Shown piece after piece: positions 61,595-64,000 of a stretch of 64,000 bases of DNA. A program made the translations under genes and the position numbers. The notes beneath the pieces are model-generated. The model had not been told where the DNA came from, ran no database searches, and worked only from the letters and a program-made list of their open reading frames with translations. Source of the stretch: Nitrosopumilus sp. (GTDB lineage: Archaea; Thermoproteota; Nitrososphaeria; Nitrososphaerales; Nitrosopumilaceae); contig OZ244651.1 in NCBI GenBank assembly GCA_965218695.1, positions 288,001 through 352,000 on the forward strand, written 5' to 3'. The stretch's first letter is position 1. Each line of letters starts with the position of its first letter.

Positions 61595-62857
61595 TCATTC
61601 CTTTAGATCCCTTAGCAGTTCCCTTGCCCTGTCAACTGTAATGTTGCCCTCGTCTGCCATCATTCTGGCAATTCCTTCTATCTTGCCTGGTGCCGCCCCG
61701 GCAGCGGCTGCAATGTTTCTTGCATGCAGTCCCATGTGTCCCTTTTGTATTCCGTCGGTTGCAAGTGCCCGCATTGCGCTGTAGTTCTGCGCAAGGCCAA
61801 CAGAGACCATGACGCATGCAAGATCCTGCACAGACGAGACGCCAAGAATCTTGGAGCATATCCGTGCCACAGGATGAACCTTGACAACGCCGCCGATTAT
61901 CCCCACCGGAAGCGGGATCTCTATCTCTCCTACCAGGTTGCCCTCGCCGTCCTTGGCCCACCTTGTAAGGGAGCGGTACCTGCCTGATCTGGCCGCATAC
62001 GCATGAGCGGCTGCCTCTATTGCCCTGGAGTCCTGCCCCACTGCGTTTGCAACCGATATGATGCCGTTCATCACACCCTTGTTGTGCGTCACGGCCCTGT
62101 ACACATCACAATCGGCAAACTCAAAGGCCAGCACCATGTCATCGACTGTCCCCTCCCCACCCACTGCATCCTTGGCAAAGACCGCCCTTGCCCGTGCCAG
62201 CCTCCTGGTGGAATAGTTGGAGAGTATCCGGAGGAGTGCACGGCCGCCTGTAACCTCCTCTATCAGGGGGGAGACTGCCTCGCACATCGTATTTGTAATG
62301 TTGGCCCCCATAGCATCGCCTGCGTCTATTCCAATCTCCACTATAAGCATCCGTCCCGAGGGGGCGTCAATAATGCGGCAGTCAACATCCCGAGCACCCC
62401 TGCCCATGCCAGAAAGCGTCCTGCTCTGTGAGTTTGCAATGGATATTATCCGGTCTGCAGAATCCTGTATCGCCTGAACCGCCCGGGACATGTCGCAGTC
62501 CAGCACCTGTATCTGGCCTATACTGTAGGACGGGTCAGCCGACGCCTCAAAGCCTCCCATTACCCTTGCAGTCTTGGCGCCCTTGGATGCAGCAGCTATT
62601 ACCGAAGGCTCCTCTATTGCCATCGGAACCAGATGGTCCCGGGAGTTGATACAAAAGTTTGTCGCAATCCCCAGCGGCAGACCGAACGTTCCGATTGCAT
62701 TTTCCACCATCGTCTCGGCCCTCTCAAAGGGCACGCCGCCGTCACCACTCCACAGTACGTCCAGTTCATCCCGGGACAGACCTGCAAAGCCTGCAACCGC
62801 TGCCAGCCTCTCCTGGCGCGACTTTTTAAAGAATCCCGGCATGGACGAGTCTGCCAT
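61595..62857 (-). CDS. hmgA: Hydroxymethylglutaryl-CoA reductase (class II)
   Basis: ENAIG, EEPSVIAA, DAMGAN, RILSN, THNKG, GIQKGHM.LH. Confidence 0.93.
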   Translation of the reverse strand: MADSSMPGFFKKSRQERLAAVAGFAGLSRDELDVLWSGDGGVPFERAETMVENAIGTFGLPLGIATNFCINSRDHLVPMAIEEPSVIAAASKGAKTARVMGGFEASADPSYSIGQIQVLDCDMSRAVQAIQDSADRIISIANSQSRTLSGMGRGARDVDCRIIDAPSGRMLIVEIGIDAGDAMGANITNTMCEAVSPLIEEVTGGRALLRILSNYSTRRLARARAVFAKDAVGGEGTVDDMVLAFEFADCDVYRAVTHNKGVMNGIISVANAVGQDSRAIEAAAHAYAARSGRYRSLTRWAKDGEGNLVGEIEIPLPVGIIGGVVKVHPVARICSKILGVSSVQDLACVMVSVGLAQNYSAMRALATDGIQKGHMGLHARNIAAAAGAAPGKIEGIARMMADEGNITVDRARELLRDLKE

Positions 62858-62860
62858 CTC

Positions 62861-63952
62861 CTACCGTACCACCCTGAGCAGCTTGTCATCAGTGCCGTCT
62901 GCAAATCCCTTTCCGTCCGTGTTGGATGTGATCACGTAGATGCTGCCGTCCTCTCCCTGAACGGCATCGCGTATGCGCCCAATCCCGCTAAGAATCGACT
63001 TTTGCGAGCTCAAACCCTCTTCCAGATCCAGTTGGTACAGGTTGGAGGCCCGCAACGAGGCCATTACAAATTGATGTTCCAAATCAATCAGGCTACCCGA
63101 ATAAAACATGATTCCCCCCGGCTCTATGCTGGGATCGTAGCAGAGGGCGGCGCCCCGGAACTGCGAATCCCCTGCGCACTCGTGCTCGGGCCACCCGTAG
63201 TTGGCACCTGCCAGTATCAGGTTTATCTCATCGTTCTTTTCCGGCCCAAACTCTGCTGCAAACATCCTGCCCTCGTCATCCCATGCCATCCCCTGGGGGT
63301 TTCTGTGGCCAAGCGAGTACACCGGAGAATCCGCAAACGGATTGTCCTCAGGAATGCTGCCGTCATCATTAATTCGGAGGATCTTTCCTGCCAGAGAGTC
63401 AGGATCCTGTGGGAGGTGGGAGGCATCAAACGGGGTTCCGGTTCCCACATACAGCTTGCCGTCTGGTCCAAATTTTAAAAAGCCGCCGTTGGTAAAAGGC
63501 GAGCCGGGAATTCCCTCAAGGATGGTCGTTGCATTCTGCAGCCTGTTTTGTGACTCTGTTATCCTCATGATTCTGTTCCGGAGCTCCCCGTCCTCTGCAT
63601 ACGTCAAAAATACATAAATGAAATGGTTCTCGGCAAAATCGGGGTGCAGCGCAATGCCAAGCAGCCCGGCATCAAAGGCCTCTGCCGGACGCAGTACTGC
63701 CAACGGGGCATCCAGGAGCGTGCCGTTCTGTACCACCCTGACGCGGCCCTCCTTCTCGGTCACAAAGACCCTGTCTCCGTGGACTGCCATCGCGCGCGGC
63801 TGGTCAAGGTTTTGGGCAATAATGGAGACTGAGTCAGATTCAGGGCCCGAGCTTGGGGTAGGTATTGGGATGGGATCAGACGGGGACGTGAGTACCAGTA
63901 CGGAGAATATGACTGCGCCTGCTACTGCTGCAATCTGAATCCTCTTGTCCAC
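62861..63952 (-). CDS. PQQ-dependent sugar dehydrogenase (GSDH beta-propeller), membrane anchored
   Basis: GLLGIALHPDF, FGPDGKLY, GKILRI, GHRNPQG, NYGWP. Confidence 0.9.
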   Translation of the reverse strand: MDKRIQIAAVAGAVIFSVLVLTSPSDPIPIPTPSSGPESDSVSIIAQNLDQPRAMAVHGDRVFVTEKEGRVRVVQNGTLLDAPLAVLRPAEAFDAGLLGIALHPDFAENHFIYVFLTYAEDGELRNRIMRITESQNRLQNATTILEGIPGSPFTNGGFLKFGPDGKLYVGTGTPFDASHLPQDPDSLAGKILRINDDGSIPEDNPFADSPVYSLGHRNPQGMAWDDEGRMFAAEFGPEKNDEINLILAGANYGWPEHECAGDSQFRGAALCYDPSIEPGGIMFYSGSLIDLEHQFVMASLRASNLYQLDLEEGLSSQKSILSGIGRIRDAVQGEDGSIYVITSNTDGKGFADGTDDKLLRVVR

Positions 63953-64000
63953 ACGCTGTCAGGAGCCTGAAATGATATTAATTGTTTGCAGAAATGAGGC

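Overview
Archaeal chromosome segment of a Thaumarchaeota/Nitrosopumilaceae member. The taxonomy is inferred from LysW/LysX, split MetH, thaumarchaeal FtsZ, Taw1, KEOPS, archaeosine TGT, the cupredoxin-cytochrome b-Rieske block and TSP3-repeat proteins. The first ~30 kb is heavily invaded by mobile DNA: IS66, IS630, ISH3 and IS5-type elements, four MITEs and a TnpB/omega-RNA remnant. Many are nested, with terminal inverted repeats (TIRs) and target-site duplications (TSDs) resolvable to the base. Between them lie argG-lysW-lysX, a sulfonate/nitrate-type ABC transporter, a perfect ~255 bp (TGCC)n microsatellite, methionine synthase genes, ribosomal protein genes, ftsZ, mtaB and a fumarase. Three tandem thrombospondin type-3-repeat genes follow (31.6-38.7 kb). 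The rest is a nearly IS-free housekeeping block: tRNA modification, KEOPS, tRNA-Arg, complex III, the his operon, HMG-CoA reductase and a PQQ-type dehydrogenase. The most notable items are a candidate MITE+IS composite transposon carrying an orphan TnpB 3' end/omega-RNA and a SEC-C gene, the long CCTG microsatellite, and three-level IS nesting. All calls are by eye; no database searches were run.
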